In this document: one piece after another, positions 37,344 through 49,500 of the stretch | How positions within the stretch are numbered: position 1 is the first letter of the stretch | Layout: each line of letters starts with the position of its first letter | Assembly: GCF_006345805.1 (NCBI RefSeq) | Contig: NW_021834785.1 | Coordinates: forward strand, 20,995-84,994 | Length of the DNA stretch: 64,000 nucleotides | Reading direction: 5' to 3' | Source: Octopus sinensis | Taxonomy: Eukaryota | Translations under genes and position numbers: made by a program | Notes under the pieces: generated by a model | Database searches by the model: none | Told to the model about the DNA's origin: nothing | Seen by the model: only the letters and a program-made list of their open reading frames with translations

Positions 37344-37580
37344 GGAGAACGTGGCTTAGTGGTTAGGGTGTCAGCATCATGATCGTAAGATTGTGGTTTC
37401 GATTCCCGGACCAGGCGCCGCGTTGTGTTCTTGAGCAAAACATTTCATTTCACGTTGCTCCCGTCCACTCAGCTGGCAAAAATGAGTGACGTTGCGATGG
37501 ACTGGCGTCCCGTCCAGCTGGGGAACACATGCGCCATTGGAAACGGGGATCTGCCTAGGCTTTAAAAGGGCACATTTATT
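37344..37580 (+). mobile_element. SINE-C
   Basis: A-box TGGCTTAGTGG, B-box GTTTCGATTCC; near-identical to 47049-47298. Confidence 0.92.
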
Positions 37581-37744
37581 TATTTTATTATATTGTATAT
37601 ATTTTAACATAAAATTATATGTATCAAGATACATAATTGCTATTTAATATATATCTTTTCACAAATATTTGCTATATGCTTTATGTGTTTTCATGCATAA
37701 TTGCTACTATACATGATATGTATATTGAGAAATAATTGCTATGT

Positions 37745-37938
37745 AATAAGGTGGTGAGGTGGCCAAATGCTTGGCGGCATTTCGTTCGTCTTTACGTTCT
37801 GAGTTCGAATTCCGCCGGAATAGACTTTGCCTTCCATCCTCTCAGGGTCGATAAAATAAGTACTAGTTGAACAGTGGGGTCGATGTAATCGACTCATTCC
37901 CTCCCCCAAATTAGCTGCCTTTGTGGCAACATTTGAAA

Positions 37939-37945
<7 letters not shown>
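37745..37945 (+). mobile_element. SINE-A, tail 2
   Basis: B-box GTTCGAATTCC, core CCTTCCATCCTCTCAGGGTCGATAAAATAAGTAC. Confidence 0.85.
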
Positions 37946-37977
<32 letters not shown>

Positions 37978-38002
37978 TATTATTATTATCATTATTATTC
38001 TT

Positions 38003-38300
38003 GAGTGGGAGAGCAGTGCATGCCATCAAAGTTACACTGGGGTAAAATATACGAAGCCCAGTATACCCATCATGACTACCCGTCTCATAAGGGTACACTA
38101 GGCACATGCATCACAACCATATGTGCGCGACATGGTGATCTCATATCAAGACAAACAACACATGACCTTGAAGGTGGTGCCCAGTTAGAAATTTCTTCTG
38201 GTCGAGTAACCCATCCTGCTCAAAAGGTCCCTGAATAAGGGTTGTTTAAGGATGTTGAACGGAACACCTATGTTTCCGGAGGTGAATTATTTAAACCCCA
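38003..38300 (-). mobile_element. Repeat E, 5'-truncated, inside (ATT)/(TTG)n
   Basis: Aligns to 19127-19425; trinucleotide tracts on both flanks. Confidence 0.88.
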
Positions 38301-38301
38301 A

Positions 38302-38451
<150 letters not shown>

Positions 38452-38784
38452 GAGGGTAATGCGCCTCCATTTTGAGAAATATAGATTTTTTTCAATATAC
38501 ACAATTCACAATTCTTAGTCCTATTAACAATTAGAAAGGCATGAATATTACAGATTCCTATAAACCTTATTATATTGTGGCCTACCAACCAACTAATAAG
38601 TTCATATTAAAGATTCTCATATCGAACATAGTAATAAACGGAGTGCCAAGTTTGTAAGAGAGTTTCGATTCTTGGCTGGAACCATTTCCGTATGTATTCG
38701 TTGTCAATGTCATCGAACTCAAATGAACTCGGTGAGATCAAGGTAACGTCAGCTGCAATCTGAGATCGAACCTGGCATACCTAC

Positions 38785-38888
38785 TTCTTGATCCTGTACA
38801 TCGAGTATTGATTGCACTCCATTCACAAAATCGCTGCCAAAATATATAGACATAGATTTCTCCATATCTTTAGAAGTGAATTGTAGTT
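38785..38888 (-). CDS. Candidate internal host exon (unknown protein)
   Basis: Acceptor TACATAG| at 38889, 104 nt, donor GAA|GTAGGT at 38784; (E)LQFTSKDMEKSMSIYFGSDFVNGVQSILDVQDQE. Confidence 0.35.
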
Positions 38889-38908
38889 CTATGTACGTAC
38901 GTACATAC

Positions 38909-38939
<31 letters not shown>

Positions 38940-39134
38940 TGTATGTATGTATGTATGTATGCATGTATACTTATACATATATTATGCATGTATTGGTGCC
39001 TCTGTATTTACGTAAGTATATAGTCACTCACAAACTCACAATGTATGCACACATACACTCTTTCGTATGTACATGCATATATATGTATATAGATACGCAT
39101 GTGTATATATATATATATATTATATATACAAGCG

Positions 39135-39166
<32 letters not shown>

Positions 39167-39477
39167 CACACACACACGTAAAACGTGCATAAAAAATCAA
39201 TAACTGAGTTCTAAGGAGAAATATCTCTATCGATCTTTGGGTGTTCAATAAAGTAGTCTTGCTGCTTAGCAACAACAAAATATCAGTGTTATCCAAGTCA
39301 ACCGTCTTTGACCCATCCTTGGCGATGGAATCTATGAATCTCAACTGAACCATTCTCTTTCGACTCCAGAACTTTCTTTCCTCTTTTCAAAAGTTAATCT
39401 ATTTCAAAAGAACAATCTAGTTAATAGAAAGAAAGCAGCCAAACAGAACAAAAACAAAACAAAACAAAACATAATGA

Positions 39478-39528
<51 letters not shown>

Positions 39529-39536
39529 TAATAATA

Positions 39537-39582
<46 letters not shown>

Positions 39583-41540
39583 CAATAATAACAACAACAA
39601 CAGCAGAAGGCGAAAGAAACAATAAAACACCTCATTTGAAATAAAAACTAAATGTTTGCTATTTGTGGAATAGAATCGCAGGTTGAGCGTTTTATGTATT
39701 GTTTTTGTTTCATTTCCGTAATTAGCGAATTAATGCCTTTTTTTAAAAAAAAAGTTTTCCTCGTTTTATTTTTTTATAAATTTTATGTACTTTATTTATA
39801 TTCTATGTTTTTACTTTTGATGCTTTCTTCCGCCATTCTTTTGGTTTTATTTTGATTAGTTTTCGCTATAAATTCACCTTTAGCTTTCGGCTAGACTATT
39901 TTCAAAGTGACTATGAAGGGTCGGGAACAAATTAAAATCGATTAATAATAATAGTGATTGGTGTACAATTTAGCAAGAAGAGCACAGTCGATTTGATTGA
40001 CTTCAATTCTTGACTTGGGCGCATTTTAACGACCCCGGGCGAAGGAAGGGCAAACTGAACTCCGCGAAGAATTTAAGAGACATAACTAAATACTACCAAT
40101 TATTTTGCGAAATTCTGGTACTGACCACAGAAAACATATCAATAACTTTGTTGGTGTGTATATACGATAATTGCATTGATGTCAGTACGAAAGTTGTTTT
40201 ATATTTCATCGGGCATATAAAAAGCAAATTACGCCTAAATGGGATTAGAATTTGGAAAATCCTCGTCGATTTCACTGACTTTACCGTCTACTGCCTAACG
40301 CCGTAATAAATAAGAACCAAAAACTAAAATTTAAAACAGAACATAAAGCAAGAAATAAAATGATAGCTATAGACATGTTAGTTGTCCCAGTCGGATTGTA
40401 CAGCTTCAAAATAAATCAAAATTCGGTGGATTGATGAGTTTAGATATAGAAAACATATGAGGAAACTAGTCACTGCAGTTCAAGTTCAACATTTTAAAGC
40501 TGATTTAAAAAGAATATACTTATACCAAATGCACAGAGGAATAGACGGCAAAGAATCAGGGACCTATTACTAAGTAGTGATAGTAGGTCTATAAAAATAT
40601 CTAGGAAAATGTTAAAAACCGAAGTGACTAATACAATTAGTAAACCCCACTAAAAGTTACCTAAAAGTAATTTTTTTTATAAGGAATTAAAACGATGCCG
40701 ACCAGGAATTAATTATTGCGAGGAAAATGTTCTAGGGGGTAAAAGAATATTCTTTAATGAAAAATACGTGATAAAATAATTGAATATTGAGAAAAAGCTT
40801 TCAACGGTACGAATCCATTCAGCATGACTCGACAATGAAGTGAGCTAATATGAAAAACAAAAATGGTTCAAAACTTCTGACGGTTTTAATTTGACTGGGT
40901 AAGACGATGGAGATATAGCCACAAGGCACAATGAAAATAGGCAATTAAACAAGTGGTTAATATCAACAGTAGGCTATGCAAAGAATATAATGAATAGCGT
41001 TAGAAAATTTCTCAGCAGTGTCGGGAAGAATGCTTAATTAAGTACACAACAATTATGTTAGCCAACAATGTAAAGAGGTTGTCCACCATTTTATTCCTGG
41101 TTGATCTGTTCAAGCAAAGACATTATATTCACCGCTATAATCGAATAAATAACCATTTGTAATAATATACAAATACTTCGACATAGAGGCTAAAAATATA
41201 TGGCCAATGGATATACCAAAACTAACATGTAACAATGAAAACCAGAAGATTTTATCCACTGTCATCTACCTTTTGGAATGCTATCAATAGTACTAATAGA
41301 TGTTAATTACAATAATTAAAATAGCAGAAGGAATATAGTTTGGTCAAAATTGCTGGCCTTGTGCCAAAATTTGAAACCAGTATTAATCGTACTTAATATA
41401 TTCCTGGTTCTTATTAGTGCTATATGAAATATTGCATTGTAACCGAGGTAGAAGACTTCAAATTTATAAGAGAAGTAAAATTGGTTTTTATCGACTGTAA
41501 AAGAGTAATAAAAAAATCGATTTTACTTTTTATCTTTTAG

Positions 41541-41693
41541 TCAGCTGAGAAGACAGTGCCCATGACCCTTTATAGGGTATCCAAAACAGGTGGGAAGGAG
41601 GTCTGCATGACCCGAAAACTTGACCCAAACGCTGGCATGAACTCTGCTAAAGGCAACCAAGGCACAGATGCTGGTACTAAACCGGGCGACTAA
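41541..41693 (+). CDS. Candidate terminal coding exon (unknown protein)
   Basis: Strong acceptor TTTTACTTTTTATCTTTTAG| then 50 open codons SAEKTVPMTLYRVSKTGGKEVCMTRKLDPNAGMNSAKGNQGTDAGTKPGD*; visibly GC-richer than the flanks. Confidence 0.45.
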   Translation, partial: SAEKTVPMTLYRVSKTGGKEVCMTRKLDPNAGMNSAKGNQGTDAGTKPGD

Positions 41694-41849
41694 TTAAGTC
41701 CACCATCCTGATTTATACGCAGAACACGAGGAACCGGAACAAAAACAAGACATGTGCTTTAACGAACATTCCACAATTCGATGAACATTTTTACTTTTTT
41801 TTTTTTTTTTTGCACATTACAGTTGCAGTTACCAGCTACGGTTACTCTT

Positions 41850-42068
41850 ACTAATTAAAGCACCGATTAGTATTTTTATCGATTCCAAAAGTATGAAGAG
41901 CAAAGTGGGCCATGGTTGGATTTGAGGTCAGAGCACAATGAGTCAGAACAAATACTATATTGCGAGGCATTTTCACGGACGCTATAACGATTCTGCCATT
42001 TTGCGAACTTAGATTTGAACTCAAAACGTAAAGATCTGAAACTAAATATGGCAAAATTGTTTGTCCGC
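41850..42068 (-). mobile_element. Old SINE-A-related fragments
   Basis: GATTTGAACTCAAAACGTAAAG and TTTTATCGATTCCAAAAGTATGAAGAGCAAAG remnants. Confidence 0.55.
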
Positions 42069-42704
42069 CATGTCACTCCAATAATTCTAGAAATCCGCTT
42101 TTATATAGAATATTAACAATACAGTCAGCAGTACATATCTATCCACCGTTGCCATCACCAACACCACCATCCCCGTCATCGTTGTCCTCTTCCTCTTCCT
42201 CTTCCTCTTCCTCCTCCTCCTCCTCCTCATCATCATCATTGTCATCATCACCATCATCTTTATATTCTTCGCGGTCTCTAACTAGGATTAGTGTTGTATA
42301 TTGTATAAAACATAATAACAAGTACTAGCATCAGCATCAGCATCAGCATCACCACTATTTATCAGCAGCAGCAGTAATTTTATGTATGACGTCATACCTA
42401 GTTAGAATGTTATATGTGATATAGAAACATATTGAACTCTAAAAACAAATTAATAAAGACATTGGCGATATGGATGTCATCTGTAAACCGAATAATAAAA
42501 ATGCCGTAGAATTTCACATATAGTATAACTTGAAAAACATTTGCAATTGAGAGTATCTAAGCAATTAGAAGTTTACAACTTTCCCTGGTTATATTTAAAT
42601 CTAAGAACGACTAGACATGCAGATAGTTGCAATAAGTTCTGGTGACTGAAATGTTTGTAGAATATATATAATGATGTTATAGAGTGGATTTTGTATGTAA
42701 AACA

Positions 42705-42795
42705 ACTGATAAAAGCGACAGACATGTTTCGATTTTATTCTGCTTTCTCAGCGAAGCATATTCCACTCCATTGATGAAAATTAAACGATAAGTAT
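42705..42795 (-). mobile_element. Repeat P4 (degenerate HHR-like), inverted copy of 43470-43560
   Basis: Reverse complement GGAATATGCTTCGCTGAGAAAGCAGAATAAAATCGAAACATGTCTGTCGCTTTTA matches 43501-43555. Confidence 0.8.
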
Positions 42796-42823
42796 ACATG
42801 TATATGTATGTATGTATGTATAT

Positions 42824-42868
<45 letters not shown>

Positions 42869-42870
42869 AT

Positions 42871-43152
42871 AAATATTAGGGAATGAATCCAAAATTACAG
42901 GGAAAAATCAGATTTAGGGTTAGATCCAATTTTATAGTAAAATATTATATAATATAATTCGAGACAAAACCACTATTTTAAAACCAAACAAGGAAAGACT
43001 TAATCAATACATAAAATTTTAATATAATTAAATAAACCGCCACTACAATTGTAGTGGCGGTTTATTTAATTTATTAAAATTTTATGTATTGATTAAGTCT
43101 TTCCTTGTTTGGTTTTAAAATAGTGGTTTTGTCTCGATTATATTATATATAT
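42871..43152. mobile_element. P1 terminal repeat in head-to-head palindrome
   Basis: ~105-bp arms around CAA|TTG (43048/43049); left arm continues as P1 to 42871. Confidence 0.92.
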
Positions 43153-43165
43153 ATATATATATATA

Positions 43166-43235
<70 letters not shown>

Positions 43236-43469
43236 CACATACATACATATATATTTCGTTTTGGGATTTGGTTTGCAAGACTATGTGAGTTTGAGTGTTG
43301 AAGCATATTCTGTTGTGTCTGGGGAGAGTCATTCTCTTTTGGTTCCTTAAATTATAAGGCACCAAAGGAGTATGTATACATATATATATATATATACATA
43401 CATACATACATACATGCATGCACACATACATACATACATATATACATACATACATACATACATACATAC

Positions 43470-43560
43470 ATACTTATCACATTATTTTCACCAATGGTGT
43501 GGAATATGCTTCGTTGAGAAGGCAGAATAGAACCGAAACATGTCTGTCGCTTTTACCAGT
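43470..43560 (+). mobile_element. Repeat P4 (degenerate HHR-like)
   Basis: TTGAGAAGGCAGAATAGAACCGAAACATGTC; see the inverted copy at 42705. Confidence 0.8.
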
Positions 43561-43984
43561 GAGTGTGTGCGTGTGTGCGTTAACACACACACACACACAC
43601 ACAAACACTCGCACACACACACATACACACATGCACACATACACCCGCACGCACACAGGCACACACACACTTTCCACTGTTAATTTTCTGTCAAGCCATA
43701 GATCATAAATTCTCTCCACACTTTTTCTTCCATTTTCATTCTTCATGAATAATCTCTTGACATTTATTCACTGATGGTTGGAAATATTTCTCAAATTTAT
43801 GATTTTCTGTACATTTTTGTTAAATGTTTTCAGTTTTCTTTTCAATTTTATCTTATTTTCAAAACCTTACATTTATATTTACTATGTCAATTGTCTCACA
43901 TGATTCACAGTCGAGAAATTGATAAATGTTATTCTGCTCTGGACCAAACGATATTCCTTCTGCTATTTTAATTATTGTAATTAA

Positions 43985-44543
43985 CATCGGCCTCAGTGCT
44001 CAACTAGTATTTATTTTGTCGACCCCGAAAGGATGAAAGACAAAGGTGACCTTGGTACAATTTGATCTCAGAAAGTAAAGACAGACGAAATGCCGTGAAG
44101 TATTTTGCTCGGCGTGCAAACGATTCTTATTTCTTTATTTCCCACAAGGAGCTAAACATAGAGGGGACAAACAAGGACAGAAAAAATTATTAAGTCGATT
44201 ACATCGATCCCAGTGCGTAACTTTTACTTAATTTATCGACCCCGAAAGGATGAAAGGCAAAGTCGACCTCGGCGGAATTTGAACTCAGAACGTAAGGGCA
44301 AACGAAATACCTATTTCTTTCCTACTTACAAGGGGCTAAACACAGATAGGACAAACAAGGACAGACAAAGGGATTAAGTCGATTATATCAACCCCAGTGC
44401 GTAACTGGTACTTATTTAATCGACCCCTAAAGGATGAAAGGCAAAGTCGACCTCGGCGGAATTTGAACTCAGAACGTTGCGGCAGACGAAATACTGCAAA
44501 GCATTTCGCCCGGCGTGCTAACGCTTTTGCCAGCTCGCCATCC
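43985..44543 (-). mobile_element. SINE-A trimer
   Basis: One head at 44543 and three successive cores joined through tail 1. Confidence 0.92.
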
Positions 44544-45311
44544 TATTAAGCATGAGTAATATGATGTGTCGATTCAATCGATTATACTTACTCTCTTAAT
44601 TTTTCTGGCTGTTTGTTGATATAAATTTTTCACATATCGCTAACCTAGCCAGGTATCTGGTTAGAGAAAACGACGACGACGACGACGATAATACCCATGT
44701 GATGGCGGTGGTGGTGGTAATCATACTCGTACAGTTTGTGTTGGTAAAAAACCAAAATTAATCTCAAATCAAATTGTGCCCCCCACACTGTCAAAATTGC
44801 TTCCCTTTTAAAATTTGTTAATATATCAGGCCACATCTTAGCAATTAAAAAACAATCAGTTAATCAAATAAATAGTTTAATTAAATCTGTAATCGATTTA
44901 ATGAAACGTCTAAAGAGAAGATTGATTAACGGATGCCAGAAGTATTGCGTAGGGTGGTGTTAATCCGATAAACAAGCGAAGGGTATATATAGGTAGGACA
45001 AGACAAAAGTATGTCAAAAAGTTTAGGGTAAGCGTCATAACTCAGTTCAGTAAGGGGAACAGAGGAAACTTAAACGTAGAAGTAGGGTCATTCGAAATAA
45101 TAAGGGAGACAGTAGAGAGTTAATAAATACAGGATTGCTAGAGATATGGCTGGGTGAAGATGCGTTCAATGAATAGACATGGGTCAGTAAGAGGAATAGT
45201 ATCAACGGACGTAGACCCAATAAATTTAGGACAAATACGAGAGCGGACAAGATTCGATCAATAGTAGTATGATCGGTGAATGAAAACCAAAGAATAGTGA
45301 AAATGCAAACC

Positions 45312-45445
45312 TATTTATACCCCGTGGTAGGCTCAAAGAAGGGCATCAAGAAGCAGGCCTTATCCGAATGCCGTAATTGGTTGGCTTCACACTCTGGCGC
45401 GAAATAAGAAGTAGAGACAAACCGCGCCACATGTCAACCAATCAG
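45312..45445. promoter_or_regulatory. Candidate promoter (TATA, two CCAAT boxes, E2F site)
   Basis: Minus-strand TATAAATA 45312-45319, ATTGG 45376-45380, GGCGCGAAA (reverse complement TTTCGCGCC) 45396-45404, CCAATCAG 45438-45445; CpG-richer patch. Confidence 0.35.
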
Positions 45446-45574
45446 ATCAGTGGACACAACAGGAACAACCCAGCCAAAGATGGCTGTAATCTCAAACGAG
45501 ATCATACCTGCTGTGTCTCTCAAACAGTGAGGATATCAGATACCGCTACAACGGCTTCGAAGTGACCTTTCTAT

Positions 45575-46085
45575 CGTTTCAGGATATCAGATTTGTCAGT
45601 CAACAATGTCTCTATTGGATGAAAAAATAAGAGTAACACCGTGCTCTTGAAGATCATACACTTTCTTGGGGCCATCATAAAAGGTTTTAGAATCCTTTTT
45701 TCCTGCAGCTTCTTGGAGTTCAGTACCCTTGGAAGACCACTAAGCCTCCTTCCACCTGCCTCAGAGCACGTTGAACCTGGCCTCTGCATTTTTATAAGCA
45801 TTGTCTTATCTAGATGAGCTCTTATCATTTATCCATGTTTTGTGAGAGCTGTGCATTTTATCTATCAACTGCTATACATCTGTGTTGCTATCGCTGAAAA
45901 ACTCTTGATGTTTACGAACAAGAATTCCAAGAACCTCTACATATACAGAGTGTGTTGCATCACACAGAGCCTTCCAAGATGATTCTACGTCATCATTGAT
46001 ATCAACAGTGTTGAGTGCAGTATCCAACTTGAAAGAAAGCTCGGCCTGCTTTTCATCAGTTTTCAAAGGCAGAACATTAATGATT
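45575..46085 (-). mobile_element. RTE-clade LINE remnant (region between endonuclease and RT)
   Basis: WKALCDATHSVYVEVLGILVRKHQEFFSDSN..WSSKGTELQEAAGKKDSKTFYDG resembles the RTE/BovB pattern EVLG...RKHQDWFDEND..WW..KA.ELQ.AAD..D.K.FY. Confidence 0.85.
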
Positions 46086-46092
46086 TTTTTTA

Positions 46093-46127
<35 letters not shown>

Positions 46128-46145
46128 GCGTGTGAGTGTGTTTAT

Positions 46146-46333
46146 GTTTGTGTGTCTATGTTTGTCCCCCATCGTCGCTTGACAACCGATGCTGGTGTGT
46201 TTACGTCCCCGTAACTAAGAGACCGATAGAATAAGTACTAGGCTTACACAGAATAAGTTCTGGGGTCGATTTGCTCGACTAAAGGCGGTGCTCCAGCATG
46301 GTCGCAGTCAAATTACTGAAACAAATAAAAGAA
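46146..46333 (+). mobile_element. SINE-B 3' half
   Basis: Starts at the internal TG tract; matches 9105-9300. Confidence 0.88.
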
Positions 46334-46350
46334 ATATATATATATACACA

Positions 46351-46578
46351 TTCAGCGTGACAAGGCTGGCCCTTTGAAATACCGGTAGAACAGGAAGAAA
46401 GAGTGAGGGTAAGTTGTGGTGAAAGAATACAGCAGATTTCATCACCACGCCTGCCGGAGCTTCGTGGAGCTTCAGGTGTTTTCGCTCAATAAACACTCAC
46501 AACGCCTGGTCTGGGAGTCGAAACCGCGATCCTATGACGGCGAGTCCGCTGCCCTAACCACTGGACCATTGTGCTTCC
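46351..46578 (-). mobile_element. SINE-D with a third tail type
   Basis: Head and body as 26338; tail ATTTCAAAGGGCCAGCCTTGTCACGCTGAA. Confidence 0.87.
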
Positions 46579-46811
46579 ACACACACACACACACACACGT
46601 ATAGTGGTTCTGCAAGAGATCGATAGATTAATTACCAGGCTAATACAAAAAATAAGTACTGAGCCAATCCATTCGAATAAGAATTCTGCACCAGCAGGGC
46701 CGCTCTCTAATGACTGAAACAAGCCAAATATACATACATTCATACATACATACATACATACATATATACATACATACATACATGCATACATATATACATA
46801 CATACATACAT

Positions 46812-47015
46812 CAGAGTCGTTAGCACGCCGGGCGAAATGCTTAGCAGTATTTCGTCTGTCTTTACGTTCTGAGTTCAAATTCTGCCGACTTTCCCTTTCA
46901 TCCTTTCGGGGTCGTTTAAATAGGTACCAGTTACGCATTGAGGTCGATGAAATCGACTTAATCCCTTTGTCTGTCTTTGTTTGTCCCTTCTATGTTTAGC
47001 TCCTTGTGGGCAATA
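46812..47015 (+). mobile_element. SINE-A, tail 1, head truncated
   Basis: CGTTAGCACGCCGGGCGAAATGCTTAGC..GTTCAAATTC..tail 1. Confidence 0.88.
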
Positions 47016-47048
47016 GAGAAATATACATATATATATACATATATATGT

Positions 47049-47293
47049 GGAGGCGCGTGGTTTAGTGGTTAGGGTGTCAGCATCATGATCGTAAGATTGT
47101 GGTTTCGATTCCTGGACCGGGCGATGCGTTATGTTCTTGAGCAAAACACTTCATTTCACGTTGCTCCAGTCCACTCAGCTGGCAAAAATGAGTAACGCTG
47201 CGATGGACTGGTGTCCCATCCAGCTGGGGAACAGATATGCCATGGAAATCGGGAAACCGAGCCCATGAGCCTGGCTAGGCTTTAAAAGGGCGC

Positions 47294-47298
<5 letters not shown>
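47049..47298 (+). mobile_element. SINE-C, full length
   Basis: GGAGGCGCGTGGTTTAGTGGTTAGGG head; tail GGCTAGGCTTTAAAAGGGCGC. Confidence 0.92.
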
Positions 47299-47348
<50 letters not shown>

Positions 47349-47374
47349 GCATATGCTTGTGCGTATTTGTGTTT

Positions 47375-47597
47375 TTGTGCCTGTGTTTGCCCCCCCCCCC
47401 TGATTGCCGCTGTTGGTGTGTTTACGTTCCTGTAATTCAGTAGTTCGGGATCAAGGACCGATGGAATAAGTACCAGGCTTAAAAAAATTTAAAAAAATTG
47501 AATACTGGGGTCGATTCATTCGGCTAAAATTCATCAAAGCGGTGCCCCAGCATGGCCGCAGTTTTATGACTGAAACGAGTAAACGACGAAAAAATAA
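47375..47597 (+). mobile_element. SINE-B 3' half, diverged
   Basis: GCGGTGCCCCAGCATGGCCGCAG..ATGACTGAAAC. Confidence 0.8.
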
Positions 47598-47877
47598 AGC
47601 CACACACACACACAACGTATGTCTGTATGTATGTATGTATGTATATACATGTGCGGCTGTGTACGCGTGTGTCTGTGTAATTAGTTTAATGACCAGAGCT
47701 TTCGTAGGAATGTATGTTATCGATAAGATCTGCCGCAGTACATGACATGTTCCTAATCTATTGACTACCACAGATTTTGAATGTAGAACGTCAAGGGACG
47801 TAACTCAATACAGCAAATCGGTTTGGCTTACGTTCGGTGGCTACCACATATACAGCTTTCGCTTATTTATTTATTTA

Positions 47878-48245
47878 CTAGCAGTATTGCCCGGCGTTGC
47901 TCGGGTTTGTAAGGGAAATAACTATATAAGCATTTTTAGAGATTTATAGCCATAAAATAGCAAAAAAATGCATTAAAAATGGAAAAAAAATGATAGTAAA
48001 TTTTTTTTTAAATCGTTGACTCATCGTACTAGCGAAGAAAATGCATTAAAATGGAAAAAAATGATGGTAATTTTTTTTTTAAATCGTAGACTCATCGTAG
48101 ACGCGCGCTAATACCCAGAAGGGCTCGATATGAATCACGACTATAAGATACCCGGTTTTGGTTAAACTGCACCGCAAAATGTGGGAGTAGTTAGGAATCT
48201 AAATCGTAGGAGACAGACACACAACTTGACTTTTATATATAAAGA
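47878..48245 (-). mobile_element. Complete non-autonomous Helitron (368 bp)
   Basis: Minus strand A|TCTTTATATATAAAAG ... CCCGAGCAACGCCGGG hairpin, CAATACTG-CTAG|T: canonical 5'-TC, 3'-CTAG, A/T target, no TSD. Confidence 0.92.
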
Positions 48246-48597
48246 TTTATTTATTTATTTATTTCGTATTCAGTGGGCAATAATGTGGTTGGCCGGAGGT
48301 TTTAAACCCTGCCAATTGCTCGGCCACTGCAATTCTGCAGGTCGAAAGTGGCAAGGAAATTCGCTTATTCTATGATGTTTGCGTTATTTCACTCGAACTC
48401 CCACCCAGTTTCACTGTACCCAAGATCTCGTTGACGAAGTAATAATCATCTCGTTACTAAGGTAGGGAACACTTGCTCAAGGTGTCGCTCACTGGAATTG
48501 AAACCGGAACCACGTGTTTATGAAATAAACTTCTTCACATAATAACCATGTCCGTACTTTGTAATAATACGACATAAAATCTAACTCATCATTGCAC

Positions 48598-48842
<245 letters not shown>

Positions 48843-49004
48843 TAGTGTGTAACTCCATCACCATCATCGCAAAGGAAGTCTTCCTCTCTCTCTCTCTCTC
48901 TCTCTCCACTTGTGTGTGCAGTGTGCAGTAATGCACTAATAGTCACAAAGCAACTGTTACTGCAGTGTGAAAACCAAAACGTGGTCTGCATAAACAGAGC
49001 AGCT

Positions 49005-49180
49005 GATGTTGCCGCCGCTGCTTCTGCTGCTGCTGCTGATGCTACTGCAACTCTTGTTGATATTGCTGCTGCCTGCCGCTGATATTGTTGCTAATGTTAT
49101 TGCTGTTTCTGATATTACTGCTAATGTATTTGTTTTTGCTGTTGTTGTTGTTGTTGTTGTTGTTACCGATTACGTTGTTG

Positions 49181-49228
<48 letters not shown>

Positions 49229-49467
49229 CAGTGCTGCTGCTGCTGTTACTGCAGCAACTGCTGACGCTGCTGATGCTGCTGTTACCCGTTTCTTCTCCGT
49301 GACACAGGATTGCGCCTGCTTTTGTCCAATCAATTTACATCTGAGTATCTGGCATATTTTTATATCATCACAACCACCACTACTAACACTACTGCCACCA
49401 CAACTATCACCGTCACCGCCGCCGCCGCCGCTACCACCACCACTACTACTACTACTTCTACCACCGT

Positions 49468-49500
<33 letters not shown>

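Noticed and set aside
45047-45250. Signal-peptide-like hydrophobic ORF
   Set aside because: Starts at TTG, is short, and hydrophobicity follows from a pyrimidine-rich strand.
47049-47120. tRNA gene (also the heads at 26338, 37344 and 59690)
   Set aside because: A/B boxes present but no complete cloverleaf; each continues into a multi-copy SINE body.
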